Below the pieces are notes generated by a model. That model saw nothing but the letters and a program-made list of their open reading frames with translations, was not told the origin of the DNA and made no database searches. The position numbers and the translations under genes are program-made. 64,000 nucleotides of DNA from Octopus vulgaris. Lineage: Eukaryota. Every line of letters starts with the position of its first letter. The stretch's first letter is position 1. The stretch is taken from assembly GCA_951406725.2 (NCBI GenBank), contig OX597839.1:37448001-37512000 (forward strand). Direction: 5' to 3'. Shown piece after piece: positions 24,926-38,980 of this stretch.

Positions 24926-27189
24926 TTAACACATCATTGATGCATCAGTAATTTGTAAGGCAAATGAGCTGCCAAGAACGTCAGGAATTTATGCAAATAG
25001 ATTAATCTGGTTTAATGCAGCACTTATTATTATTATTAAGAAGAAAATTTACAAGCAATCTCTCTGTGGACAGTGAAAGAGGCTGCTCGGTCGTTGGTGA
25101 GGTCCCAACGGAAGGATCAAAACTAGATCAGCTGATATCTCCTTTTTTCTTGTTCGCGAGCGTATTGTGGAAAAGACAAATTGTTTACATGTGTCTGCAT
25201 ACCACACACATACACATATGTATGTGTGTGTATGTATACACACACACACACACACAGACACACACATATATATATATATATAAAACAAAACAGGAAGTTG
25301 GGAATATATATATATATGTATCTATCTATACATGTGTATCTATGTGTGTGTGTGTATATATACATATATATAGATACATATATTTGTGTACTTATGTGTG
25401 TGTGTATATATACATATATATAGATACATATATTTGTGTACTTATGTGTGTGTGTATATATATATACATATATAAAACAAAACAAGAAGTTGGGAAATAT
25501 ATATATATATATATGTATTTGTGTGTGTGTGTATACATATATGTATATATGTATTTGCGTGTGTGTGTGTGTGTATACATGTATGTATGTATGTATATAT
25601 TTGTGTATCTATATGTGTTTGTATATGTGTACGTTGAATACACGCACACACATATATACTCATCCACATGACCTATTTATAACCAGGTGGACTGTACCTG
25701 TCCACATGGTACATATTTACAGCTAGGTGAACTGTACCTTCCCATGGTACCTATTTATATTTCCCTCTCACATTCCAACCTCAACTCATAGGATTTACTG
25801 CCTCTCTCTTTACCATCTCCTACCACTGCTACCTCTGTAATATCTGCTACTCAGAGTTGTCTACTCTTGTGCCCCCTTTAGTGGGAGACTATCTCTCTTT
25901 CTCCTTTTTCATCTCTCATCACTCACATCACATTCACCCCCCCCCCCCACTCCACAGGCCCTGTGCTAATCACTACATCCAGTGCAATCAAAATGAAATG
26001 GCTGTAAACAAGCATTGCCTTTATATAAACAATGTTATTTGTTTCCAATCTTTCTCTGGAAACATGTCTGGCCATGGGGAAATATTGAGGTGAGGGTTGG
26101 CATCAGGAAGGGCATCCAGCCATAGAAAATCTGCCTCGATGAACACTGACTGACCCATGCTAGCATGGAAAAAGTAGGCATTAAATGATGATGAATTGGT
26201 AAACAATTTCAGCACAATACCAGTAATTACTGAGGGATAGGTGCTTAGTTAATCAATGCCATTGTTCCATCAGTATGACAGGTACCTAAGGTAACGTTAA
26301 CTGCAGTGGGGTTTTGAACTTGGGACGTAAAAAATGTTGGAAGGAATATGGTGAAACATGATCCAATGCTCTAACGATCCGGATAATTTGGTGCCCCTGG
26401 TAATTAATTATGATATATTTTTGTTTCGGTCGTTGGAATGTGGTCATGCTGGGGCACCATATTGAACAATATAGCTGAACAAATTGACCCTGGTACTTAT
26501 TTTTCTTGATATCTGGTCTCGTATGCTGAATCATTAGTTACAAGGACGTAAACAAACCAACACTCATATACACATGCATGCTCACACACACACACACTGA
26601 TTGTCTTTCACAGAGTTTCTGACCACCAAATTCACTAACGAGGCATCGGTTGACCAGGGCTGTAGTAGATGGTGCTGCACAGTGGAACAGAACCTGGAAT
26701 CAAGCTTTCTAATGAGCCAAACTCCTAAGTTATGGAAACATGAATGAACCTACACAGGTTATCAGGCAGTGGTGGGGACACACACACACACACACACACA
26801 CAATGCATATGCTTCCATTCATTTTCCACCTGCCAAATTCACCCACAAGGCATTGGACAGTCCGGCACTATAGTAGACACTTGTCCAAGGCGCCATACGA
26901 TAGGACTGGACCTGAAACCAAAGTCTCTAACGAGCCCCTCATTAGTTAGCTGATGGCCTGAGTGACAAGAATAATGTCACCAATTTTCTCAGTTTCTCAG
27001 TTTCCCAGTGTAGAATGCAAACATGAAGTTGGGTGTTTTTTAGTTAATTCTGACTAATTAATGAGGAATGTCAGTTTTTAATTGTTTTCTCTGAGTAATG
27101 GCAATACTTAACTTTGGGTTTAAGACAACAATAGTAATAGCACTACTAACTCCGCCACCACCTCTGTCTGCTTCTCTCTCTCCACCTCA

Positions 27190-27990
27190 TGCTACTACTA
27201 CCAATACCACCCCAATTGTGCTACTGACACCACGACACTGCTGTTACCATCATTAGTACCACCACCACCATCATTAGTGTTGACATGACACAACTACCAC
27301 TGACGGTGCCACTACCACCACTATACTTACACCTACCAACACCATCTCTATCAACATTGCTCTACCAACACCACCACTATCAGTACTACTGCCAACACCA
27401 CTACACCCACACTGTACCCTACCACCAATATCAGTACCATCACCACACTGCTACCACTTACACTAGTACTATATAAGGCTACCACTGTCAACACTATAAC
27501 CAACACCACCACCACAATCACACCTCTACTTTCCCAACACCAGTACTGTAAACCACCACAACTATCAACACTACTACCAACACCACCTCAATTGTGCTAC
27601 TGACACCACGACACTGCTGTTACCATCATTAGTACCACCACCACCACCACCATCATCATTAGTGTTGACACTACACAACTACCACTGACGCTGCCACTAC
27701 CACCGCTATACTTACACCTACCAACACCATCTCTATCAACTTTGCTCTACCGACGCCACCACTATCAGTACTACTACCAACACCATTACACCAACACTGT
27801 ACCCTACCACCAATATCAGTACCATCACACCTCTACTAACATCACCACACAACAACCACCACACCTCTACCACTCTTACATCAGTACTATATAAGGCTAC
27901 CACTGTCAACACTATGACCAACACCACCACAACCACACCTCTACTTTCCCAACACCAACACTGTAAACCACCACAACTACCAACACCACC
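27190..27990. repeat. Tandem duplication (~380-400 bp) of CAC/CTA-rich sequence
   Basis: CAATTGTGCTACTGACACCACGACACTGCTGTTACC and downstream blocks occur twice. Confidence 0.85.
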
Positions 27991-28689
27991 ACACAATGAC
28001 TATCACTGCTGGCTACTCCACCACTAGTACAACCACCATTACTGCCACTACACCACCACCACTACCACCACCACCACCACCACCAATGGCATTCCTAGTT
28101 CCAGTCACTAATCTGTCTGTGTGTCTTTTACGTTTTGTGCTTTTTATCCTCCACCATGATCTGTTGTCATGGACTTCAGTTCCTGCTATCGCCATCGTTT
28201 ATAATCTTTAGCAATAAACACAGACACACACACACACAGTCTGTCTGCCTCTCTCTTTCTCTCTCTCTCTGTCTCTGACAAATTTGTGTGTACCCCCCCC
28301 CCCTGCGACACTACTAAATTCTACTTTACACTTTGGTCAATGTTTACTTTCAGATACTTTAATCCGTTCAGCTGTAAACTTCAGACACAGGCATGGCTCT
28401 GTGGTTTAAGAAACTCGCTTTGCAACAGCACGGTTTTGGGTTCAATCCCACTCGAGTTCAGTCCCGCCTTAGGCAAATGTCTTCTGCAGTAGCCTCAGGT
28501 CGACCAATGCCTTGTGCATGGACTTAGTAGACAGAGACTGTATGGGAGCCCATTGCATGTATACGTGTGTGTGTGTGTTTGTTTCTCTCCCACCATTTGG
28601 TAACTGCTGTTGGTTTGTTTCAGTCTCTGTAACTTAGCAGTTCAGCAAAAGAGACCAATACGATATGTACCAGACTTAAAAACAAGTTA

Positions 28690-29103
28690 CGTTAATTTTT
28701 TGGTTCAAAAAGCAAAAAGCAAGGCCATGTAGGGGGACATGGAGTTATGTACAGGGAGGGTGTTCATGCAAAGAGTTCAGGCCATTTCTGGTCAAGAGAG
28801 TCTTTGAAACGAGCGGTCGTCGGCATGTTCACTATCTCATCCGGCAGCTTATTCCACGGATCCGCAACCCGGACAGAAGAAGCCCCTCTCCTTCGACTGA
28901 GATGAAATCGTCGCAGATAGAGCTTTTCGGAGTGACCCCGCAGCCGACACTCTGGAGCAGGAGTGAAGAACAGCTCTTTCGAGAGGTTACACTTTCCACT
29001 TATGATGTTGTGAGCGAGAATGAGATCACCACGGTGTTGGCGTTTTTCTAGAGAATAAAGGTCGAGCGTCTTCAGCCGTTCTTCATAAGACAAATGCTTG
29101 AGA
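28690..29103 (-). mobile_element. CR1-like LINE 3' fragment (family 1)
   Basis: Encodes YEERLKTLDLYSLEKR..RGDLI...RGHSEKL...RVADPWNKLP plus the 3' UTR. Confidence 0.9.
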
Positions 29104-30344
29104 TCAGTACTGGGATTGGTTTGTTCAACTAAAACCCTTCAAAGTGGTGCCCCCTAGCATGGCTGAAGCAAATGAAAGATAACATCCTCATCTTCCCATC
29201 CTTGTTTAGTTAATCTCATTGTTAGAAATGAAAAATTTACCAAACTGAAAATGAACTTTGAACTCTTTTGACGCCAACCTGCCTAAGAGAGTCCTTGAAT
29301 TCATGATACAAACTTCCTGTTTTAAAATTATCTTAATTAAAACTTTCCTGTCAGAATTTTGTGTTAATTTAAGTTCCAAATACCAGCTTCATAATGGCAA
29401 AGTTTTTTAACTAAACTTTGCATTATTTTAAGAATTAATTGAAAACAGACAATGTCATCATCATCATCGTTTAACGTCCGTTTTCCATGCTAGCATGGGT
29501 TGGATGGTTCAACTGGGGTCTGGGAAGCCAGGAGGCTGCACCAGGCCCAGTCTGATCTGGCAGTGTTTCTACAGCTGGATGCCCTTCCTAACGCCAACCA
29601 CTCCGTAAGTGTAGTGGGTGCTTTTTACGTGCCACAGGTGCCAGACGAGGCTGGCAACGGCCAAACAAAATGGTTTAGTCTAAGAAAATGGATCCTCATC
29701 CTCCTTTAATGTCCATTTCCTATGGTATGGGTGGGTGGGTTTGAATAGAGCTGACTATCTAGAGAGCTGCACCAGGTTCTAGTCTGATTTGGTTTGGTTT
29801 CTTCTGAATGCCAACTACTTTAACAGTGTGTGCTGGGTACTTTTAACATGGCATTTCACAAGCGCCATTCTGTCTTACTGGCACAAGTACTTGCAGGCCT
29901 ATTCTCTTCAGCAGGGGTAGAGGCCTTAACACTTCTGCTATGACGGATGGGTCTTCTTGAGGACAGCAAAGTGCCAGGTATCTCAGTCACCTGTCATCTC
30001 ATCCTGAGGTTGTCCTTCATCACTGTTCACTTTTCTATCCTTGCATGAATCAGGCAGAATATATTGAGGCAGATTTTCTATGGCTGGATGCCCTTCATAT
30101 CACCAAACCACACTTGTTTCATGATGGCCAGACATATTTTCACAGAATATTGGAAATGGACTCTGTTTGTATGACAGTGACACTCATTTACGACTCTCAG
30201 AGGATGTCAAGACAATGAGACACAAACATGCACACTCACATACATACATAATCTTGGGCAAGTGTCTGTCATTATAACCTTTGTCCAGCTAAAGCCTTGT
30301 GAGTGAGTTTGGATAATGGAAACTGCAAAAGCTTGTCATGTAAT

Positions 30345-30858
30345 CGCAGGAGTGACTGTGTGGTAAGTAGCTTGCTTACCAACCACATGGTTCCGGGTTC
30401 AGTCCCACTGCGTGGCACTTTGGGCAAGTATCTTCTACTATAGCCTCGGGCCAACCAAAGCCTTGAGTGTGGGATTTGGTAGACAGAAACTGAAAGAAGC
30501 CCGTCGTTTATATGTATATATAATGTTTCCAGCCCTAGAAACATTGCCAGATCAGAGTGGGCCTGGTGCAGCCTTCTGGCTTCCCAGACCCCAGTTGAAC
30601 CGTCCAACCCATGCTAGCATGGAAAGCGGATGCTAAATGATGATGATGATGATATATATGTGTGTCTGTGTTTGTCCCCCCAACATAGCTTGACAACCGA
30701 TGCTGGTGTGTTTGCGTCCCCGTAACTTAGCGGTTCGGCAAAAGAGATCGACAGAATAAGTACTAGGCTTACGAAGAATAAGTCCTGGGGTTGATTTGTT
30801 TGACTCAAGGCGGTGCTCCAGCATGGCTGCAGTCAAATGACTGAAACAGGTGAAAGAG
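30345..30858 (+). mobile_element. CORE-like SINE (family B) interrupted by an RTE 3' tail at 30524-30652
   Basis: Family B 5' and 3' parts flank a family C end inserted in the internal TA/TG tract. Confidence 0.8.
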
Positions 30859-31319
30859 TATGTATATATGTATATGTGTGTAGTGTTCCAGCTTGGCTGC
30901 TATCCAGTGACTGAAAGATTATAATTATTTCACTATTTGTTTGATTTGAACTTAAATCCAATGAAAGGAAATGGTAAAAACAATGATGATGATGATCATC
31001 ATCATCATCATTTAGCGTCCGCTTTCCATGCTAGCATGGGTTGGACGGTTCAACTGGGGTCTGGGAAGCCAGAAGGCTGCACCAGGCCCAGTCTGATCTG
31101 GCAATGTTTCTACGGCTGGATGCCCTTCCTAACGCCAACCACTCCGTGAGAGTAGTGGGTGCTTTTTACATGCCACCAGCACAGGTGCCACGATCAGATG
31201 GTGCTTTTTACGTGCCAACGGCACGGGGGCCAGGCAAGGCTGGCAACGACCATGATCGGATGGTGCTTTTTACGGCACGGAGCCCCGTCTGGGCGGCGCT
31301 GGCAATGGCCAAATGATGA

Positions 31320-31935
31320 TAATAATAATAACAATAATAATGATGTTGATTGTTTTATTGGCCACAAGGGCCAAACACAAAATAGGGACAATACAAGGTA
31401 AAAGTGGAGTTTGGAACAATGTCAAGTATACAATAAATAACAATTAACAATAAAATCAAATAATAAAAATTCCCCGAAAGTGAGAGTTCCTTACAGGGAC
31501 AACAAAGGAACCCCGCACATTCTGGTTACCCCAACCGCCAGGTGCACCTCAGTAGGCACCCTCTCCTCAACTCCTCCTTTAGAGTAGGCCCCTTCACACG
31601 GCCATCCTTGCCGCATTCACCTACCTTTCGACAAAAATACTGCTAGTGGTGGGTGGGGGGAGAACTTCCCACTTCACCCTTTCTTTCCTTTTCAAGTTGA
31701 TGAGGGCTTGGCCAAAGAGGAAAGGCTCTGTCTGCAGTCCTCTCAATCTCGTCCACCATACTACCGCCTTCAGAGGGAAGCTGCTTTTCCTTCCTGGTCA
31801 AATGAAGGCGGCGGGGCGATCGTCATGATGGACTCTGCTGATAAGCGGATCTGTCCCACATGTGCCAACAGCTGTTCAACAAAGCTCCGCAAGTCAGTAA
31901 TGCCCAGACACTTGACGAGTACTTGCAAGACCTAA
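31320..31935 (-). mobile_element. Degenerate Tx1/L1-like LINE 3' end
   Basis: Minus frames read FVEQLLAHVGQIRLSAESIMTIAPPPSF and KAVVWWTRLRG, resembling a Tx1 ORF2 C-terminus, followed by a T-rich 3' UTR. Confidence 0.55.
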
Positions 31936-31968
31936 GCCTTTCTATTATAGGCACAAGGCTTAATAATG

Positions 31969-32000
<32 letters not shown>

Positions 32001-32258
32001 CAATAAACAAATAAGTACTTGTTTTGTGAGGTGTGGAGGTAGAGAGAGAGATTCTGAAAGTGGAAAGATAGAAGGAAATAAGTCTTTCTATCTCTTTCTC
32101 TCTCTCTCTCTCTTTGTCCTCTCTCTCTCTATCTTTGTCCCCCCTCTCTCTCTTTGTCCCCCCTCTCTCTCTCATTTCAACTGTCTACATCACCATCAAG
32201 CCTTAACTTATACTTAATTCTTTAACTACCACATCACACCATACAATATTTGTGTGTG

Positions 32259-32313
<55 letters not shown>

Positions 32314-32317
32314 ATGT

Positions 32318-32468
32318 AAAAATACAAACTGGGACAAGAACGCAAAACATTTAGAAGACGATACAAAAAACACGGACGGGACATTCGAAGCCTTCAATCT
32401 TCAGTTAAGAACCGGATCATCCTCACAATTTCGGCTGATTAATCTTGAGATCGCTCCGATCTCAAGAT
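32318..32468 (-). mobile_element. Short pLTR-like element ending in a terminal hairpin
   Basis: Flanked by TA-rich repeats; terminal ATCTTGAGATCG-CTC-CGATCTCAAGAT hairpin. Confidence 0.5.
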
Positions 32469-32563
32469 ATATATATATATATATTGGAGTCTGGTTCGCC
32501 AGACCTCAGTCAAATCGTCCAACCCATGCTTGCATGGAAAGTGGACTTTAAATGCTGCTGATG

Positions 32564-32644
<81 letters not shown>

Positions 32645-32707
32645 TTGTTTGAAGTGATGTACAGAATTTATATATTAAGAAAAAGGAGGTAGTCAGAATT
32701 TTGGATA

Positions 32708-32757
32708 ATTATTCATTAGTGCTTTCATTTCATTCGTGGAGACTCCTCAGTTAATAA
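32708..32757 (-). ncRNA. Degenerate hammerhead ribozyme-like motif
   Basis: Minus strand TTATTAA-CTGAGGA-GTCTC-CACGAAT-GAAAT-GAAA-GCAC-TA-ATGAATAA. The core is complete but the stems are imperfect. Confidence 0.45.
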
Positions 32758-33328
32758 GTGTTACAGAAAATTTCTTTGCCTTTTATACAAAAGTAGAAGA
32801 GGATGTGTTTTTGTTTTGTTATTTGTATGTGTGTATGTAGAAAAAAGAGGAAAGATGGGAGGAGAGAGAGAGAGAAGGAAGAAAGAAAGAAAAACAACCT
32901 GAAATTTGAAACTTGTATCTATAGATTTGTGTATGTGTGTTGAGTGTCTGTGTACATTTTGATAGAAATCTTATCAAAGAGGAAATATTCAGAGCATTTG
33001 AATTTGTCGAATGTTTGTGTATACATTAAAACATACAAAAGTACCACACGTTCCACATGCCATATATTGTACTTAGCCATAACCTGCTAAAAATAGCAGC
33101 CAAAACGTTCCTTGAAGCCTACCCTATCTTCTTGGAAAAAAAGGACATATTTGGATAATGTGATTGTAGACATACTATGCCTTTGAAAAGATGGGATGGT
33201 CATGCTTGTGTGGTTAAGAAGCTCACTTTTCAATCATGTGGGACTAGGTTCAGTCCCACTGCATGGCACCTTGGGACAACCGGTGCCTTGTGAGTGAATT
33301 TGGTCGATGGAAATTGTGTAGAAGCTTG

Positions 33329-33363
<35 letters not shown>

Positions 33364-33530
33364 TGTGCATGTGTTTCTGTCTTTTTTCCCTCCACCCACT
33401 ACCTGTCAACTAGTGTTGGTTTGTTTATGTCACTGTAACTTAGTAATTCAACAAAACAGATCAACAGAATATGTACCAGACTTTAAAAAATTAAAACTGG
33501 GGGGTGATATGTTTCACTATAAAGAACTCT

Positions 33531-33759
33531 TTAACCCTTTCATTACCAACCTGGCTGAAACCGCCTCTGGCTCTGAGTACAAAAGTCTTGTTTTCATAAG
33601 TTCTGAATTAAAATCTTCCACCAAGCTTTAGTCACAATTTATGTTCCTAACACTAGCTGAATGATAACTAAGTTATTTTACTAAATTCTTTGTTATATTT
33701 AAAATTAAGTGAAAGAAACACAAAGCATCTTGAAATAAATACAGTAACGAAAGGGTTAA
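33531..33759. mobile_element. piggyBac-like MITE with intact TTAA TSDs
   Basis: TTAA-CCCTTTCATTAC ... GTAACGAAAGGG-TTAA. Confidence 0.85.
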
Positions 33760-33909
33760 GGTGGCACTAAGTTATGATTGCAGCCCTTTGGCTCAAACTA
33801 TTATTAAGGTCTTTAACTGCAAAATTAAACTTCTTAGTTATTCCGGTATTGATGTTAAATATCTAAATAGAATCAGTATTTTCTGCCAGTCATGTTGTCT
33901 CAGCAAACT

Positions 33910-34280
33910 CGAGTGGCTGTGTGGTAAGTAGCTTGCTTACCAACCACATGGTTCTGGGTTCAGTCCCACTGCATGGCACCTTGGGCAAGTGTCTTCTACT
34001 ACAGCCTCGGGCCGACCAATGCCTTGTGAGTAGATTTGGTAGACGGAAACTGAAAGAAGCCCGTTGTATATATGTATATATATATATATGTTTGTCCCGC
34101 CAGCATCACTTGACAACCGATGCTGGTGTGTTTACGTCTCCGTAACTTAGCAGTTCGGTAAAAGAGATCAATAGAATAAGTACTAGGCTTACACAGAATA
34201 AATCCTGGGGTCGATTTACTCGACTAAAGGCGGTGCTCCAGCATGGCCGCAGTCAAATGACTGAAACAAGTAAAAGAGTA
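33910..34280 (+). mobile_element. CORE-like SINE (family B)
   Basis: GGCTGTGTGGTAAG..GGTTCAGTCCC..CCTTGGGCAAGTG..CAGTCAAATGACTGAAACAAGTAAAAG. Confidence 0.85.
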
Positions 34281-34638
34281 TATCACAAGCAGAAAATAGC
34301 TTCCAGCATAACATTCCTCAACCAGAAATAGACTACTGTATAAAACTGCCTTCTGTGGTTTAGGGAAATGAAATTTTGGATGGATGTATCTGATTTCTGA
34401 CATAAAAATGTCAACCCTTAAACTACAGAATTAAATTTCCTGGTTGTTTCAGTAATGGTGTTAAATATCTAGATAGAATCGGTATTTTCTGCCAGTCATG
34501 TTGTCTCAGCAAACTTGATATATCAGCACAAAAAAATATCTTCAAACATGACATTCTTCGACAGGAGATAGATTGGTTTATAAAATTGCTTTCTGTAGTG
34601 AAAGAGTTAAAAGATATGTACATATGTAGATAGATATG

Positions 34639-34670
<32 letters not shown>

Positions 34671-36595
34671 GGCACAGGACTGGCTGTGTGATAAGTGGCT
34701 TGCTTACCAACCACATGGTTCTGGGTTCAGTCCCACTGTGTGGCACCGTGGGCAAGTGTCTTCTGCTATAGCCTCGGACCGACCAAAGCCTTGTGAGTGG
34801 ATTTGGTAGATGGAAACTGAAAAGAAGCTGATGCTGGTGTGTTTATGTCTCCGTAACTTAGCAGTTCGGCAAAAGAGACCGATAGAATAAGTACTAGGCT
34901 TACAAGGAATAAGTCCTGGGGTGGATTTGCTCGACTAAAGGCGGTGCTCCAACATGGCCGCAGTCAAATGACTGAGACAAAGGAATAGAAGAATGTATAT
35001 GCATGTGGGTGTGTGTTTGTGTCTCTTTGTCTTGATATCACTTGATGATGATCATCATCATCATCGTTTAGCGTCCGCTTTCCATGCTGGCATGGGTTGG
35101 ACAGCGCAACTGGGGTCTGGGAAGCCAGAAGGTTGCACCATGCCCAGTCTGATCTGGCAATGTTTCTACGGCTGGATGCCCTTCCTAACGTCAACCACTC
35201 CATGAGTGTAGTGGGTGCTTTTTACGTGCCACTGGCACAGGTGCCAGACGAGGCTGGCAAATGGCCACAATCGGATAGTGCTTTTTACGTGCCACCGGCG
35301 AGGCTGGCAAACGGCCACGATCAGATGGTGCTTTTTATGTGCCACCGGCACGGAGGCCAGTCGGGGCGGCGCTGGCAACAGCCACGCTCGGATGGTTCTC
35401 TTGATAGGTGTAAATATTCCATCACTGTCGTACATCATTTTGCACGAACACAGCTGGCCATCTAACTGACCAGACTATCAAATGTTGTTGCACATCGCTG
35501 CTCACAGTGCGCTTTGCATCATTTTAGCCTTTGAATGACACTGACCCACTGGTTCAACAAGCAGGCCAACATTCTCCTCTGATTGAAAGGGGGGGACTGG
35601 AGCAACATGAAATGAAGTGTTTTGCTCTAGAATACATCATGCCACTTGGTCTGGGAAATGTGGTCAACACTCGTTTACATGTGGTCAACACTCCTTTATA
35701 ATTATAATTACCAAACATCTATTCAGTCCCTCCATATCATTATGTATATATTCAAATATGTGGTCAGCCTTTATATTATTAGAAATATCGTGAGAAGACC
35801 AGGCAGGACAAGTGAGCCCAGCCCACTTATGCATGCCTTTCCTCCCTTGGACACAAAGACCTGTTGAGGCACCAGCCTTGCCTGGCCCCTGTGCGGCTGG
35901 CACGTAAAAAGCACCCACTACACTCACGGAGTGGTTGGCGTTAGGAAGGGCATCCAGCCGTAGAAACATTGCCAGATAAGACTGGAGCCTGGTGCAGCCT
36001 TCTGGCTTCCCAGATCCCCGGTCGAACCATCCAACCCATGCCAGCATGGAAAGCGGACGTTAAACGATGATGATGATGATGATGATGATGAATTGCCAAA
36101 ATATTTAACCAGTCTTTCTATATTATTATAATTATCAAATATGTATAAAATGTAATTTTGATTATCAAACATAAAGTCAACACCTCTTTATAATTATAAA
36201 TTATTGTGCGTGGCATCCTGGGCAAGTGTCTTCTGCTATAGCCTTGTGAGTGGATTTGGTAAACGGAAACTGAAAGAAGCCTGTCGTATATATGTATATA
36301 TATGTATGTGTGTGTGTGTTTGTGTGTCTGTGTTTGTCCCCCTAGCATTGCTTGACAACCGATGCTGGTGTGTTTACGTCCCCGTCACTTAGCAGTTCGG
36401 CAAAAGAGACCGATAGAATAAGTACTGGGCTTACAAAGAATAAGTCCCGGGGTCAATTTGCTCGACTAAAGGCAGTGCTCCAGCATGGCTGCAGTCAAAT
36501 GACTGAAACAAGTAAAAGAGTAAAAGTGTAAAAGTGAGTATGTGGTCAGTGGTAATTAGGCCACCAAATCCTCTAAAGCTATCCTGTCCAGCTTC

Positions 36596-36677
<82 letters not shown>

Positions 36678-37286
36678 CCAGCTGAATATCTGAAATAACT
36701 GATCTCTTTGTTTGTGTATTAGGTTATTGTTTCGCCTCAGGTCAACTGTCAGTGAGCTGACCTATGAGGAAAGATACTCCAACTATGACCATCACTGCTG
36801 GACATTGTACCCACCACCCTTTGATCTACATTGCATATGTGTCGGCATGTGTGTCTGTGTGGGCTTGTGTGTGTGTGTGTGTGTTTTAAGACAGTATGAC
36901 ATAATTTTTAGGTAATTTGACTGCTTTTTCTAAGAGGTTGAGCAATCTTGTAACCGCTCCCTTATTGACTTGTGTGTGTGTGGTCTGTCTGGACATATAT
37001 ATTTGTGTATGTGTGTGTGTGTGTTTGTAGTCAAGCTTGTGTCTGTGTTGTTGATGATGTATATTGCTATAAGAGTGTATGTATATGTATTAGCTGCCTA
37101 TCTATATATCTGTCCAAGTGTGTGGGTGTGTGAGTGTGAATGTTTAGATTCTATGTGCATGGTTATCTGTATGTATGTGTGTGAATATGTAGATGTGTCT
37201 GAATCTATATGTCTGTGTAGGGTGTGTGTGTGTGTGTGTGCAAATGTATTAGTGTTTATCTGGATATATGTGTCTGATTCTATCTA

Positions 37287-37341
<55 letters not shown>

Positions 37342-37421
37342 ATGTATGTACAATGTAGGTGAGCTGAAACTTTCAAGCCATTGTTTATAAACAGTTATCT
37401 CTATTGTGCCAGTCTGTGTGT

Positions 37422-37884
<463 letters not shown>

Positions 37885-38420
37885 TATAGATGTATGTATG
37901 GCAATACACACAGTGAATCTAAAATCTAATTGAATGCACCACCTACACTTGTCCGTTACACATCATCTTTTGCACACACCGCCCACTGCACCCCTCTCTC
38001 TTTCTCTCTCTTTCACATACATTACCCTTTTACCCTTTTTCTTTCTCTCTTTCTGACATACATCACTTTTTATCTCTCGCTCTTTCTCTCCTACGCATCA
38101 CCCTCCATCTTTCCCCTCCCCACGCTTTCTCTTTTTCTATTACACCATTTCTCTTTCCTCCCTCTCTCTCTCTCTAATACATCACAACCTTTCATTTGCT
38201 CTCTTCCTCGCATGAATATCATATTTCTGTGTTACACACCAATCTAATCTCTCTCTCTCTCACTTTCTCTCAAACTTCCCATCACACTTCATGTGTGTAT
38301 GTGTGTGGGTGTGCATGGTTGTTACTGATAAATACAAATAGCGGATTATGGAGGATATGGCCATGCCACTTTGTCTTTGAAATTCTCATCAGCCATATTA
38401 TTACAATAATACATATGCCT

Positions 38421-38803
38421 AGGCGCAGGAGTGGCTGTGTGGTAAGTAGCTTGCTTACCAACCACATGGTTCTGGGTTCAGTCCCACTGCGTGGCATCTT
38501 GGGCAAGTGTCTTCTGCTATAGCCCCGGGCCGACCAATGCCTTGTGAGTGGATTTGGTAGACGGAAACTGAAAGAAGCCTGTCGTATATATGTTTGTGTG
38601 TCTGTGTTTGTCCCCCTAGCATTGCTTGACAACTGATGCTGGTGTGTTTATGTTCCCGTCACTTAGCGGTTCGGCAAAAGAGGCCGATAGAATAATACTG
38701 GGACTTACAAAGAATAAGTCCCGGGGGTCGATTTTCTCGACTAAAGGCGGTGCTCCAGCATGGCCGCAGTCAAATGACTGAAACAAGTAAAAGAGAGTAA
38801 AAG
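38421..38803 (+). mobile_element. CORE-like tRNA SINE (family B), full-length copy
   Basis: A/B-box head, CCTTGGGCAAG-type core and GTAAAAGA tail. Further copies at 34670, 36205, 41628(-), 49910 and 52385(-). Confidence 0.85.
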
Positions 38804-38980
38804 ATGTGTAGGCATGGGAGTTTGGTTAAAAAACTTGCTTTGTAACCTTGTGCTTCTGGTTTCAGTCCCACTGCATGGCACCGTGTACAACTGTCTTCTA
38901 CAACAAACCTGTGCCAACTAATGCTTTGTGAATTTTGCTGACAGAAACTCTGTAGAAGCCCATATATATATATATATATA

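Noticed and set aside
25260-25760. Small local duplications (TATAAAACAAAACA(G/A)GAAGTTGGGAA twice; ~38-bp CCACATG repeats)
   Set aside because: Ordinary slippage in microsatellite-rich DNA.
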